Assembly: GCA_021790075.1 (NCBI GenBank)
Contig: JAJYIN010000001.1
Coordinates: forward strand, 11,172 to 43,619
Source: Actinomycetes bacterium
GTDB taxonomy: Bacteria > Actinomycetota > Thermoleophilia > BMS3ABIN01
Direction of reading: 5' to 3'
Length of the DNA stretch: 32,448 bases
Made by a program: the position numbers and the translations under genes. Below the pieces are notes generated by a model. That model searched no databases, was not told the DNA's origin, and saw only the letters and a list, made by a program, of their open reading frames with translations. This document shows, piece by piece, positions 8,797-17,899 of this stretch (positions within the stretch are counted from its first letter, which is position 1; each line of letters opens with the position of its first letter).

Positions 8797-9939
8797 TCAA
8801 CCTCCGGTGGACGGCGCCGTCCCCAGGATGACCTGGATGTTCATCTGGTTGCCGCCCCTCTGAACCGTCAGGTTGACTTTATCGCCTGGTTTGAGCGTGT
8901 TAATGATCCCTGCCAGATCGGAATCGCTGACCAGAGGCGTGCCGTTGGCGCTCGTAATCACATCGTTGGGCTTGAGGCCGGCTGCTGCCGCCGGCGAGCC
9001 GCTGGCGACCTGGCTCACCAGGACGCCCTTGGTGATATTGAGGCCGAGGTGGGCCGCCACCGCGGGATCCAGCGGCGCATAGGTAATGCCCATATAGGGA
9101 TGCACCACATGGCCGGTGGCCACAATCTGGTCCGCTAACGACTTGGCGGTATTGACCGATATAGCGAAGCCGATCCCCTGCGCGACCGCTCCGGATGTGT
9201 CCGAGCTCGCCACCAGCGTGTTTATGCCGATCACCTGGCCGCTCAGGGTGACCAGCGGTCCGCCGGAATTGCCCGGGTTAATGGGGGCGTCGGTCTGGAT
9301 CACATCGAACAGGTACGGCCCCGGTTGATTGGGTGTGGTGGCCGGTTCCTGCACCGCCCGGCCCAGGGCGCTGATCACGCCCGCGGTGACGGTCGGCCCG
9401 CCCGGCAGCGCCAGCGCGTTTCCGATCGCCACTACCCACTCCCCTACCTGCCCTTTGCTGGAATCACCCAGCGAAGCCACCGGCAGGTTGTCACCGGTGA
9501 TCTGCACCACGGCTATGTCAGACAGGCTGTCGCCGCCGATGATCTTGCCGCTGAAGGAACGCCCGTCCGGCAGGGTCACCAGCAGGCTCTGGGCGCCCTC
9601 GATCACATGATTGTTGGTGAGGATATGGCCCTGGTCGTCATAGATGACGCCGGACCCGACACCGGCAGGTATCGTGTAAGGCTGGTTGAACTGTCCGGAT
9701 ACCTGCTGCTGGTTGGTGATCCGGACGACTGCCGGTTTCACCGCCTGGGTCGCCTGGATAATCGCGGCGCTAAAACCACCGGCGCTGGGAATGTTCGGCG
9801 GCGGCGCCAGATTTCCCGGTGCGGTGCCGGTTGGGGATGTGCCGGTTGTCTGCTGATCATCGCAGCCGCTCACCAACCCGGTGACCAGAGCCGCGATCAG
9901 CAAGATACCGGCGGCAAGGACAGTTACCTTTCTCATCAT
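8797..9939 (-). CDS. htrA: HtrA/DegP-family serine protease with PDZ domain, predicted lipoprotein
   Basis: Catalytic triad contexts TNNHVIEG, DIAVVQI and GNSGGPL, with a C-terminal PDZ domain (GVLVSQVASGSPAAAAGLKPNDVI). Start taken at the ATG at 9939, preceded by AAGGGGGA. Signal peptide ends in the lipobox LVSGC. Confidence 0.9.
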   Translation of the reverse strand: MMRKVTVLAAGILLIAALVTGLVSGCDDQQTTGTSPTGTAPGNLAPPPNIPSAGGFSAAIIQATQAVKPAVVRITNQQQVSGQFNQPYTIPAGVGSGVIYDDQGHILTNNHVIEGAQSLLVTLPDGRSFSGKIIGGDSLSDIAVVQITGDNLPVASLGDSSKGQVGEWVVAIGNALALPGGPTVTAGVISALGRAVQEPATTPNQPGPYLFDVIQTDAPINPGNSGGPLVTLSGQVIGINTLVASSDTSGAVAQGIGFAISVNTAKSLADQIVATGHVVHPYMGITYAPLDPAVAAHLGLNITKGVLVSQVASGSPAAAAGLKPNDVITSANGTPLVSDSDLAGIINTLKPGDKVNLTVQRGGNQMNIQVILGTAPSTGG

Positions 9940-10045
9940 GTCCCCCTTCGAGTCTCCCGTGGCTTCCAACAGATTTGAGCTAGGCTTTTTATACCCGGAG
10001 GGCCCCGGTCAAAACCGGCCGGCTCCCTGGCGCTCGAGGCCGCCG

Positions 10046-11923
10046 TTATTTTACCTTGAATTTCTTCTCTCCGATCTGCTCGATTCGCAAATTGAGATCG
10101 GCCGGACCTGCTTTGAGGCTGGCCCATTCACGCCTGATCACGTTGATGTGATTATCAGGCCTGATTAAATCCATCCAAGATTTTATGGAGTAATACTCAG
10201 GATATGAAATCTCTTTCGCATGGATGTATTGTCCCTCAAAGTTGCTGATACCAACGGGAAGATTGTAAAATTCTACCTCGCTGCCCGCGGGAAATTTGTT
10301 AACATTTTCCTTAATTCTGGTCAGCAGGAGGCCGGTAAAATCACTGTCCGTCTTCCATTCGTCAGCCCGATTGATCAAATAGGTCGATAAGGGAAACGAG
10401 AGAGCCAAAGCCGCCGCGAGAAGGAAGGCAACTATTCTCGCTGCGTTTCTTGTCCGACGTCTGGATGACCATGATTGCACTGCTGATTTTGCGGCTTTTT
10501 GGCTTTCAAGCAGAAACACTGAAACCAGAATACTGAAAGGGACCAGAGGGAAGTACGCGTTTCTGTGAGCGAAAGTCAAGGTTGGTAGATAAATCAGAAG
10601 AGGGACGACCAGCCAAATGACGGCAAACAGCACCAGCTTTCCGTAGATTGAATAACGATAGTAATTTATCAGTTTCCGGCGTTGATCAAACGCAATCAGA
10701 ATCAGCCCGCATACAACTATGAGCAAGGGAATCAGGCTTCGCAAGCTTTGTTTAACCGACTGATTAAAGAAGCTGTTCATTATGGGGCCGGAAGCGAAAA
10801 TCAAGCCAAAAAACAAAAGAGTGATTGTGAAATAGACAGAATATGCCGCGTTGCGCTCTTTCCTGTTCCATGTTTCCCAGTTCTTGAACAGGCGCCATGC
10901 ATAAAAAAAGAGAAAAAGGGTTGCCGACCCCAGAAACAGATAAACCAGAGTTTTCCATGAATATAAAGAAAAGGGCCGAAAGAGCCAGCCCAGTATATCG
11001 CCCGGGTACAGGAGGTCGGAAAAATACATGGAGCTGATTTTGGAAAAAGCCTCAACGTTGTTTTCAGGAAGGTGAACCCTCCAATGATATCCTCCCATAC
11101 CATGCAAAACCATAGTGCGCCAAACCAGGAAAATGCCGGTGGCAACCAGATATGGAGCGCAGGTTTTTAAAATGGCGAGAACGTCTCTTTTGCAAACTTT
11201 CCCGGCAGAAAAGATGGCCAGGTAAGCGATGAGCAAAGCAGGAAGCGCGAAGGCGATTTCTTCGGAGCCGAGCGCCAGGAGATAAGAAACCAGGGAGGGA
11301 ACAAGATACCTTTTTCTGTGTGGTGAAGCATCGACATATTTAATAAAAAACAGAAAGGCAATGAGCATAAAAATTGCCGGTAGAATGGTCTGCCGCCGGG
11401 AAGATGCGGCCAGACTTTCGAGCACAATTGGGTGAACTGTAAACACGAGTCCACTTAGAATAGAAGCAGTGCGGCTCCGGCTCAGGATGAAAACGACGTA
11501 GACGACCAGAAACACAGCGGAAAGATGAAGAAGAAAGTCGGTCAAGTGATACCCAAACGGGTTGAGACCCCACAAAGCGTAATCGAGGCTGTAGGATAAA
11601 ACCGAAACCGGCCTGTAAGCTACGGCAACATCAAAGCCTGTTCCCGCCATCGTGTACTTGCCAAAAATCCTCACCACGTCGTGAAGACCATGGATTCTGC
11701 CAGTGTCGATCAGGCTGAGGGTGTCGCTTCCCACAAAGGAATAACCAAATATGTCCTTGTAAAAGACGAGGGCAATCAGAGCCAGAGATGCAAGAATAAC
11801 AAGGAAGGCGGTTTTTCCAGCAACAGGCTCTTTGCGCGCGCGCTCTTTGGCATAAGTCCCGGTTGCTGATAGTTTGGCTATGTTCTCTTTGCCGGTTGCC
11901 ATTTCAGAAGAGATGCTTCCCAA
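10046..11923 (-). CDS. Polytopic membrane protein, PMT/TMTC-like GT-C glycosyltransferase (family assignment tentative)
   Basis: 625 aa, more than 10 predicted TM helices. First-loop acidic motif FVGSDTLSLID. YRPVSVLSYSLDYALWGLNPFGYHLTDFLLH resembles the RPL..LS...G.NP.G.H..N.LLH signature of PMT_2/TMTC-type enzymes. TTG start with GGGAGA 9 nt upstream (alternative ATG at 11902). Sampled line 10201 has 25/60 G+C. Confidence 0.6.
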   Translation of the reverse strand: MGSISSEMATGKENIAKLSATGTYAKERARKEPVAGKTAFLVILASLALIALVFYKDIFGYSFVGSDTLSLIDTGRIHGLHDVVRIFGKYTMAGTGFDVAVAYRPVSVLSYSLDYALWGLNPFGYHLTDFLLHLSAVFLVVYVVFILSRSRTASILSGLVFTVHPIVLESLAASSRRQTILPAIFMLIAFLFFIKYVDASPHRKRYLVPSLVSYLLALGSEEIAFALPALLIAYLAIFSAGKVCKRDVLAILKTCAPYLVATGIFLVWRTMVLHGMGGYHWRVHLPENNVEAFSKISSMYFSDLLYPGDILGWLFRPFSLYSWKTLVYLFLGSATLFLFFYAWRLFKNWETWNRKERNAAYSVYFTITLLFFGLIFASGPIMNSFFNQSVKQSLRSLIPLLIVVCGLILIAFDQRRKLINYYRYSIYGKLVLFAVIWLVVPLLIYLPTLTFAHRNAYFPLVPFSILVSVFLLESQKAAKSAVQSWSSRRRTRNAARIVAFLLAAALALSFPLSTYLINRADEWKTDSDFTGLLLTRIKENVNKFPAGSEVEFYNLPVGISNFEGQYIHAKEISYPEYYSIKSWMDLIRPDNHINVIRREWASLKAGPADLNLRIEQIGEKKFKVK

Positions 11924-11929
11924 ACTGAC

Positions 11930-13471
11930 TTATCTCCCTTTCACTTCATAGAGCGCTTCTGCGACCGGAAAAGGCTCGCCATGTTCAAAATCCTGGTAAG
12001 TGACGGCTTTATATTCCAAGGGAAAGGGTCCGCCCAGCTCTTTGATATTTGGCAGTGGCTTAAACGGCAGGGTTACCGAAATCAGGATCTGCGCCCCGGG
12101 GTTCTCTTCCTCCGCCCGCCTCAAAAGACCGGGCAGCGTTTCCCTGGTCGCCCCGATCAGCCTGATATCAGTGCGCTCGCTATCGATTTTCTGGGCATAA
12201 AGCAACCCCGTATATGAATCCCAATCGGCCAGGATTACCGCATCCTGCCTGGAGTGATCAAAAACTGTATTAATATATTGCCTCATGCCATAATCATTTC
12301 TGTGGTTGACGAAGTCCCATGTTCTGGTAACTCCCAGCAACAGCACCGCGAAATAAACGGCTCCAATGATGATCACCGGCAGATGGCGCAGGCGTCCCCG
12401 GCCCAGGTAAGCCTCACCCATGCACATGATGAGAAAAACAGAAAACCCTGTCCACACGGAGAAGTACATCAGTAAAGACAGATGATAAAAGGGATAGTCG
12501 CCGCTAAAGAAAAACAGGAAAAACATGTGCGCCACCATGGCCGCGGCGAGAAATAAAAGGGGGCGCCACAGGTTCCGCAGCGCCGGCCACACAGCCGGAT
12601 ACAAAAGCACGATGGCCGGTCCAAATACGAGAAAGGCATAAGACGGGAAATAGCTTTGCTGAACTACCTGTACAAGCAGGTCCTTGGTCTGAACAAGCCC
12701 CGGCAGCTTCAGCGTCTCATGGCCTTCCGCCCGGGCATCGCTGGCAGAAACATACCTGATAAAAGACGTAACAGAGTCAATTTGCTGATAATCGATTAGC
12801 GGATGCATTGCGCTGCGAATCGGCAGAAACAAGTAAGGACTGATCCCTAAAAGGAAAAAAGCAAGAGTCAATAAAAGCGGCTTGGTCCGGAATAGCCCGC
12901 GCCACGGCCCCAGAAAAAAGATACCGGCAACCAGGACCGGTAAAAAAAACAATAAAGTGATGTGCCAGGTTATACCTGCGCCGAACAGCCCCGCCCCCAC
13001 CCATACCAGGCGATTGTCTCCGTTTCGTCGCCAAATAAGTAACAGTGTCAGCAGAATTGCGCTTATGGCTGGTACAGCATTGTACGGATTGGCCACCGCC
13101 GCGTGTGACCACCAAAGTCCGCCAACCGCCAGGGTGATGCTGGACACCAGAGCAGGCAACATACGGCCGAACAACGTATAACTAAGAGCATAAACAGCAA
13201 CTACGCCAATGGCGCCGATGACCGCAGATAAAAAATTTACGCGGACGGCGACATTTCCGACAGGGGCGAGCGAAAAAAGCCAGGCCACGATATCGTACGC
13301 CGGCGAACCGGGCGCATGGGCAATTCCCATGGTGGCGGCGCTGGCCTGCCAGTCGGCGACATCGTGGGCAAGTACGTCCGGAGCGACGGTATAAGAATAA
13401 AGGGCGAGGGTGGCCAAGCCCAGGAGAAAACCAGCGATAACGCTGGGCTTGAGAAAGAAAGCTTTCATCAC
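11930..13471 (-). CDS. DUF2723/TMEM260-like GT-C membrane glycosyltransferase, paralog B
   Basis: 513 aa polytopic protein. N-terminal loop APDVLAHDVADWQASAATMGIAHAPGSPAY matches the DUF2723 pattern (acidic loop, then G-I-x-H-x-P-G-x-P). Colinear with the upstream paralog. The start abuts the upstream stop codon. Confidence 0.75.
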   Translation of the reverse strand: MMKAFFLKPSVIAGFLLGLATLALYSYTVAPDVLAHDVADWQASAATMGIAHAPGSPAYDIVAWLFSLAPVGNVAVRVNFLSAVIGAIGVVAVYALSYTLFGRMLPALVSSITLAVGGLWWSHAAVANPYNAVPAISAILLTLLLIWRRNGDNRLVWVGAGLFGAGITWHITLLFFLPVLVAGIFFLGPWRGLFRTKPLLLTLAFFLLGISPYLFLPIRSAMHPLIDYQQIDSVTSFIRYVSASDARAEGHETLKLPGLVQTKDLLVQVVQQSYFPSYAFLVFGPAIVLLYPAVWPALRNLWRPLLFLAAAMVAHMFFLFFFSGDYPFYHLSLLMYFSVWTGFSVFLIMCMGEAYLGRGRLRHLPVIIIGAVYFAVLLLGVTRTWDFVNHRNDYGMRQYINTVFDHSRQDAVILADWDSYTGLLYAQKIDSERTDIRLIGATRETLPGLLRRAEEENPGAQILISVTLPFKPLPNIKELGGPFPLEYKAVTYQDFEHGEPFPVAEALYEVKGR

Positions 13472-15106
13472 TTAGGGAGTCGTATCCTTCACCTCAAAAA
13501 GCTGCAAAGCGGCAGGGAGCGGTTCACCGTGAGAGTAGTCCTGGTAGGTCTTGCCCTTGATGCTCACAAAGATTGGTTGGCTCAGTGCCACAATATTGTT
13601 CGCCTGGTCCATTGGCAAAGTGCGGGAAAGCAATATCTGGTTTCTAGGATATTCCGACTCAAGCTGCGACACTTCCTCGCGCCACACGGCCGGTTGCAGC
13701 GATACTTTGAGAGTCAAATCAGGCCGCTCACCATCAACCTTCTGGGCGTAAAGAAGCGCGGGATAAGAGTCCCAGTCGGCCAGAATGACAGCATCCGGCC
13801 GAGCGGTCGCGAAAACATCGTCCACGTAGTGCCGCATGCTTACATCATTGGCATGGTTAACAAAACTCCAGACTCTTGGGATGCCGAGGGCCAGCATCGC
13901 AAAAAAGAACACTCCGGTCGCGACAACAAGCAACCGGCGCAACTTTTCGCCTTCCAGATAGCTCTCACCAACAGTCATGATGAGATAGACCGAGAAACCG
14001 ACCCAAATGGAAAAATAAAACAGCAGCGGCAGATAGTACTGGTCATACATGCCGCTGATCAGTATGACCATCGTCATCTGCAGCACCATGCCTGCCAGTA
14101 AAAAGAGCAGAATACGGACGAATGGTTTGATTCTTGGCCACACGGCCGGATACAGCAGGATAATCGCCGGCCCGAACACCAGAAAGGCGTAAGAGGGATA
14201 ATAACTGCTGCGGACTACTTCGGTAAGCCGGGCCTTGACGTCTCCCAGCCCCGGCACCTGGATCACTTCATGCCCTGGGTTTGGCCGCGTTTCTGCGCCT
14301 GAAAGATAATCCTTGAAAGAAGAAAACGAATTAACCTTCGTAAAGGCAACAACCGCGGGATTCATGGCGCTGCGGATCGGGACGTACGCATAAAAAGAGA
14401 ATCCCACAATGAACATGCCAATAGTCAACGCTATCGGCAGGGGTTTTAGCAGCCGGCGCCAGGGACCAAGCACAAATATTCCTACCACCATCACGGGAAG
14501 GAAAAAAAGCATAGTCGTGTGCCACGAATAACCAAATCCCGCCAGCAGCGCTCCCCCCCAGACCAACCGGTTGTCGCCGCTTTTACGCCAAAGCAACAAG
14601 AGAATCAATAATACGGCCATGATCAACACGATGGTGTTGTAGGGCACTGCCACCGAAGCCTGCGACCACCACAAGCGCGCCACCCCTAATGTCACGGCCG
14701 ATACGAGCGCCGGCAACATGCGTCCGAAAATAATCATCATGAGGGCGTAGGCGGCCACCACCCCCGCGGCGCTGGTGATAACCGAGACGTAGCTGATCCT
14801 GGCCGCCGCCGAGCCGATCGGAACCAGGCTAAAGAGCCATGAGACGATGGTGTACGCCGGAGTTCCAGGCCCGTGGGTAATGCCGAGGGTCGCTCCCGCC
14901 GCCTGCCATTCGCCCGAGTCATGGGCCAACACATCGGGAGCCAGAGTAATGGTGTAAATAATTATGGCAGCCAGTCCCAGAACAACTCCTGCCACCGTGA
15001 CCGGTGTGCGGAAAAAGGCTTTCCGCTGCTCCTCCCCGGCCGGATGCGCCAGCTTTTGTGTTTCCTTGCGACAGGCAGGGGCTGCGGGGATGGTTGTGGG
15101 TAACAT
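13472..15106 (-). CDS. DUF2723/TMEM260-like GT-C membrane glycosyltransferase, paralog A
   Basis: 544 aa polytopic protein. Loop APDVLAHDSGEWQAAGATLGITHGPGTPAY. AGGAG lies 8 nt upstream of the ATG. Shares blocks such as FGRMLPALVS, GDNRLVW, YPSYAFLVFGPAI.LLYPAVWP and AVILADWDSY..LLYAQK with paralog B. Confidence 0.78.
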   Translation of the reverse strand: MLPTTIPAAPACRKETQKLAHPAGEEQRKAFFRTPVTVAGVVLGLAAIIIYTITLAPDVLAHDSGEWQAAGATLGITHGPGTPAYTIVSWLFSLVPIGSAAARISYVSVITSAAGVVAAYALMMIIFGRMLPALVSAVTLGVARLWWSQASVAVPYNTIVLIMAVLLILLLLWRKSGDNRLVWGGALLAGFGYSWHTTMLFFLPVMVVGIFVLGPWRRLLKPLPIALTIGMFIVGFSFYAYVPIRSAMNPAVVAFTKVNSFSSFKDYLSGAETRPNPGHEVIQVPGLGDVKARLTEVVRSSYYPSYAFLVFGPAIILLYPAVWPRIKPFVRILLFLLAGMVLQMTMVILISGMYDQYYLPLLFYFSIWVGFSVYLIMTVGESYLEGEKLRRLLVVATGVFFFAMLALGIPRVWSFVNHANDVSMRHYVDDVFATARPDAVILADWDSYPALLYAQKVDGERPDLTLKVSLQPAVWREEVSQLESEYPRNQILLSRTLPMDQANNIVALSQPIFVSIKGKTYQDYSHGEPLPAALQLFEVKDTTP

Positions 15107-15240
15107 GGAACGACTCCTGCTTCTGCTACTTGCTGATGTTAGCGGGGTGTAAACCTGCCCATACTTCTATCGCTGCAACGTCCGCTGATATTCCTGCTGA
15201 TTATTGCTAATCTGTACGCCTTCCTTCATCAGAATCATCG

Positions 15241-15258
15241 CCCGGACCGTCGTCCGGG
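15241..15258 (-). terminator. GC hairpin 20 nt downstream of the ftsK stop (possible U-tail-less terminator or attenuator)
   Basis: Perfect CCCGGAC-CGTC-GTCCGGG, a 7-bp stem. No U tract on either strand. Confidence 0.3.
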
Positions 15259-15277
15259 TCGTCAAAATCAGGGCTCA

Positions 15278-17830
15278 TTAATCGTCCGCACTGTAGTCAT
15301 CTGCCTCGTAGTCAGGCTCAATATCGATTCCGTACCGGTCTGACAGGCCGGCGGCACCGCTGGCCCCGGCACCCAAGGCCGTACTGCCGGCTGCGCTGCG
15401 CGCTCCTGCGAGGGCCAGCAGGCGGTCGAGGTCGGCCTCGGTCATCAGCACGCGCCGCGGCTTGCTGCCCTCGTAGCCGCTGATGACGCCTCTTTTCTCC
15501 AGCATGTCGATGAGGCGGCCGGCGCGGGTATAGCCCACCCGGAGCCGGCGCTGGAGGAAGGAGACTGAGGCGGTGCCAGTGCCTACCACCAGCTGCATGG
15601 CCTCCACCAGCAGGTCGTCCTCGTCCGCGGGCAGCTTCTCCTCGCTGCCCTCTTCCTTTCCCTCCAGAAGATCGAGATTGAAATCGGGCTTTTTCTGGCT
15701 CTTGCAGCGGTCGGTGAGCAGCTTGACCTCTTCCTCGGAAATGTAGGCGCCCTGGATGCGCTGCAGCTGCGAGGATCCCAGCGGGCTGAAGAGCATATCG
15801 CCCTGGCCCAGCAGGCTCTCGGCGCCGGTCGTGTCCAGAATTACACGCGAGTCTATCTGTGATGATACCGCAAATGCGATGCGGGAAGGAACATTGGCCT
15901 TGATCATGCCGGTGATGACGTCCACTGACGGACGCTGGGTGGCCAGCACCAGGTGTATCCCCACCGCCCGCGATTTCTGGGCCAGGCGGATGATTGCGTC
16001 CTCGACCTCGCCCGGCGCCACCATCATCAGGTCGGCCAGCTCGTCGACGACCAGCAGGATGTACGGCAGCGGCTTCTGCCCGCGCTCGCCCCGCACCCGG
16101 TTGAGCTCGTCCAGATGCCTCGCCTTGACCAGCTGCATCTGGCCATAGCGGTTCTCCATCTCCGCCACCAGGTTGGCCAGCACATTGGCGGCGTCCTTCA
16201 TCACGGTCACCACCGGCGTTAGCAGGTGAGGGATGCCCTCAAAATGGTTGAGCTCCACCCGCTTGGGATCGATGAGGATCATGTTGACGTCGTCCGGTGA
16301 GCTGTGCAGCAGGATGGAAGAGATGATGCAGTTGATGCAGCCGCTCTTGCCCGAACCGGTGGTGCCCGCCACCAGCAGGTGGGGCATCTGGGCCAGATCC
16401 GTGTAAACGGCCTTGCCGGCGATATCCTTTCCCAGCCAGACCATCAGCGGCCCGGAGCCGGCGGGAAAGTCTCGGTAGATGTCGCCCAGGGTCACCAGGT
16501 TGGGGCTGGAGTTGGGCACCTCGACGCCCACCGCCGATTTCCCTGGAATCGGCGCCAGGATACGAATATCGGTGGTGGCCAGCGCGTAGGCGATGTCGTT
16601 CTTCAGGTTGCTGACCTTGGAAACCTTGATGCCGGGGGCCAGTTGCAGTTCGTAACGCGTCACCCGGGGACCCGATACGGTGCCCGCCACCCGCGCCTCG
16701 ATGCCAAAACTGGCCAGCGTCTCCGTGAGCACGCGGCTGATGCGGTCGGCGCTCTCCGGCCCTCCCTGCTGGCGCTCGGAACTCTTCCGGAGTAGATCGG
16801 GGTTGGGGAGGATGTAACCCGACTCCGCTTCCGCCTCGCTGCGGGGAAAGAGCTCGTCCTGAACCGGCGCGCCGGAGAGCGCCGCCGCCGTCCCAGCCGC
16901 CACTGCGGCTTGTTCCTTTAGCAGGGCGGCGCCAGATTCTTCGTCTACCACCGCCAGGGCCGGCTTGCGGCCGGCGAAGATGTCGGGATAGGTATCGGCG
17001 CCGTCGAGCGGGGAACCCCCGCCGCCATCGGCGTCAAGCTTCGTCTCGCCCAGCGCCGGGCGTTCGACCGCGGCTGCAGGATCCACGCCAAAGGGGACCG
17101 CTCCGCCTGCGCCGGCCCCTGCCGCGGCAGCGCTGTCCGCCGGCAGCCGGGCGGCCTCGCCGGCACGGCGCTCCGCCAGGTTCTGTCCCAACTGCCAGGT
17201 CGTGCGGCGGGCGCTCACCGCTGCCCGGCGCGCCCCCTTGCCCGAAGCCAGCAGCACCGTTCTCACCGAAGCCCCGGTGATGAGAAAGGCGGCGCCCAGC
17301 AGCAGGAAAACGACGGCGATGGAACTGCCCACATCGCCTATCAGAGATCCGGTCACCCAGTAGAGGGTGTCGCCGACGACGCCGCCATGGGACGGGAAGT
17401 AAGAGCTGTCAAAAAAGGACTGATGAGCCAGACTGTTGCCCATCACCGAAAAAGTGTTGGCGCCTGCTATCAGGAACAGGGCGGCGGTCAGGAACGCCAT
17501 GCCCGCCTGGAAACCACGTGGTCCCCGCGGCATCTCCGGAAAGATGAGGAAGCTGCCCGCCAGAACAAGGGCCGGCGGGCTCAGGTAGACCAGCCACCCG
17601 GACAGAAAGCGGAGACCGTCCTGGGCGGCGCCGCCCACCAGTCCGCCGGACCAGCCCAGGTAAAGCACCAGCGCCATGAAACAGCCGGCGGCGGCCAGCG
17701 CCAGGCCGGCCAGCTCGCGCAGGCGCCTGAGGTCGCGCGCCTTTGCCTTGGCGGTCTTCTTGCCGCGGCCGGCTTTGCCCCTCCTCCTGCTTTTGGCTGC
17801 CTTCCTGTATTTGGCCGTCCTGGCTGCCAC
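15278..17830 (-). CDS. ftsK: DNA translocase FtsK/SpoIIIE
   Basis: 850 aa. Basic N-terminus plus TM helices, an Ala/Gly-rich linker, Walker A GTTGSGKS, Walker B LLVVDELADL, and a winged-helix gamma domain (SVSFLQRRLRVGYTRAGRLIDMLE). GTG start with GGAGAGGGA just upstream. About 50-aa acidic tail after gamma. Confidence 0.95.
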   Translation of the reverse strand: MAARTAKYRKAAKSRRRGKAGRGKKTAKAKARDLRRLRELAGLALAAAGCFMALVLYLGWSGGLVGGAAQDGLRFLSGWLVYLSPPALVLAGSFLIFPEMPRGPRGFQAGMAFLTAALFLIAGANTFSVMGNSLAHQSFFDSSYFPSHGGVVGDTLYWVTGSLIGDVGSSIAVVFLLLGAAFLITGASVRTVLLASGKGARRAAVSARRTTWQLGQNLAERRAGEAARLPADSAAAAGAGAGGAVPFGVDPAAAVERPALGETKLDADGGGGSPLDGADTYPDIFAGRKPALAVVDEESGAALLKEQAAVAAGTAAALSGAPVQDELFPRSEAEAESGYILPNPDLLRKSSERQQGGPESADRISRVLTETLASFGIEARVAGTVSGPRVTRYELQLAPGIKVSKVSNLKNDIAYALATTDIRILAPIPGKSAVGVEVPNSSPNLVTLGDIYRDFPAGSGPLMVWLGKDIAGKAVYTDLAQMPHLLVAGTTGSGKSGCINCIISSILLHSSPDDVNMILIDPKRVELNHFEGIPHLLTPVVTVMKDAANVLANLVAEMENRYGQMQLVKARHLDELNRVRGERGQKPLPYILLVVDELADLMMVAPGEVEDAIIRLAQKSRAVGIHLVLATQRPSVDVITGMIKANVPSRIAFAVSSQIDSRVILDTTGAESLLGQGDMLFSPLGSSQLQRIQGAYISEEEVKLLTDRCKSQKKPDFNLDLLEGKEEGSEEKLPADEDDLLVEAMQLVVGTGTASVSFLQRRLRVGYTRAGRLIDMLEKRGVISGYEGSKPRRVLMTEADLDRLLALAGARSAAGSTALGAGASGAAGLSDRYGIDIEPDYEADDYSADD

Positions 17831-17855
17831 GTTTCCCTCTCCCTGGACCTCAAAT

Positions 17856-17883
17856 ATTATAAAAAACTTTTACCATTGCGCAA
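17856..17883 (-). promoter_or_regulatory. Candidate promoter for ftsK in the rnj-ftsK spacer
   Basis: On the minus strand, TTGCGC, a 16-nt spacer, then TATAAT, inside an AT-rich 69-nt spacer about 25 nt upstream of the GTG start. Confidence 0.45.
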
Positions 17884-17899
17884 AACAGTTCGGCGCCTG

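Noticed and set aside
9940-9969. 10-codon extension of the HtrA ORF (MEATGDSKGD)
   Set aside because: The ATG at 9939 is preceded by AAGGGGGA at proper spacing and gives a canonical lipoprotein signal peptide.
9940-15277. Mobile-element hallmarks at the borders of the low-GC island (att-like direct repeats, integrase, tRNA, inverted repeats)
   Set aside because: The only similarity found between the two borders is weak: CCGGTCAAAACC near 10005 versus GGGTCGTCAAAATC near 15255. There are no recombinase or tRNA genes. The island is therefore reported as compositional only, not as a defined mobile element.
15207-15278. 23-codon acidic mini-ORF (MSPDFDDPDDGPGDDSDEGRRTD) whose ATG overlaps the ftsK stop (TAATG)
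   Set aside because: It is too short to support without conservation data, and it contains the CCCGGAC/GTCCGGG hairpin. The acidic composition is probably incidental. Ribo-seq or homolog comparison could revisit it.
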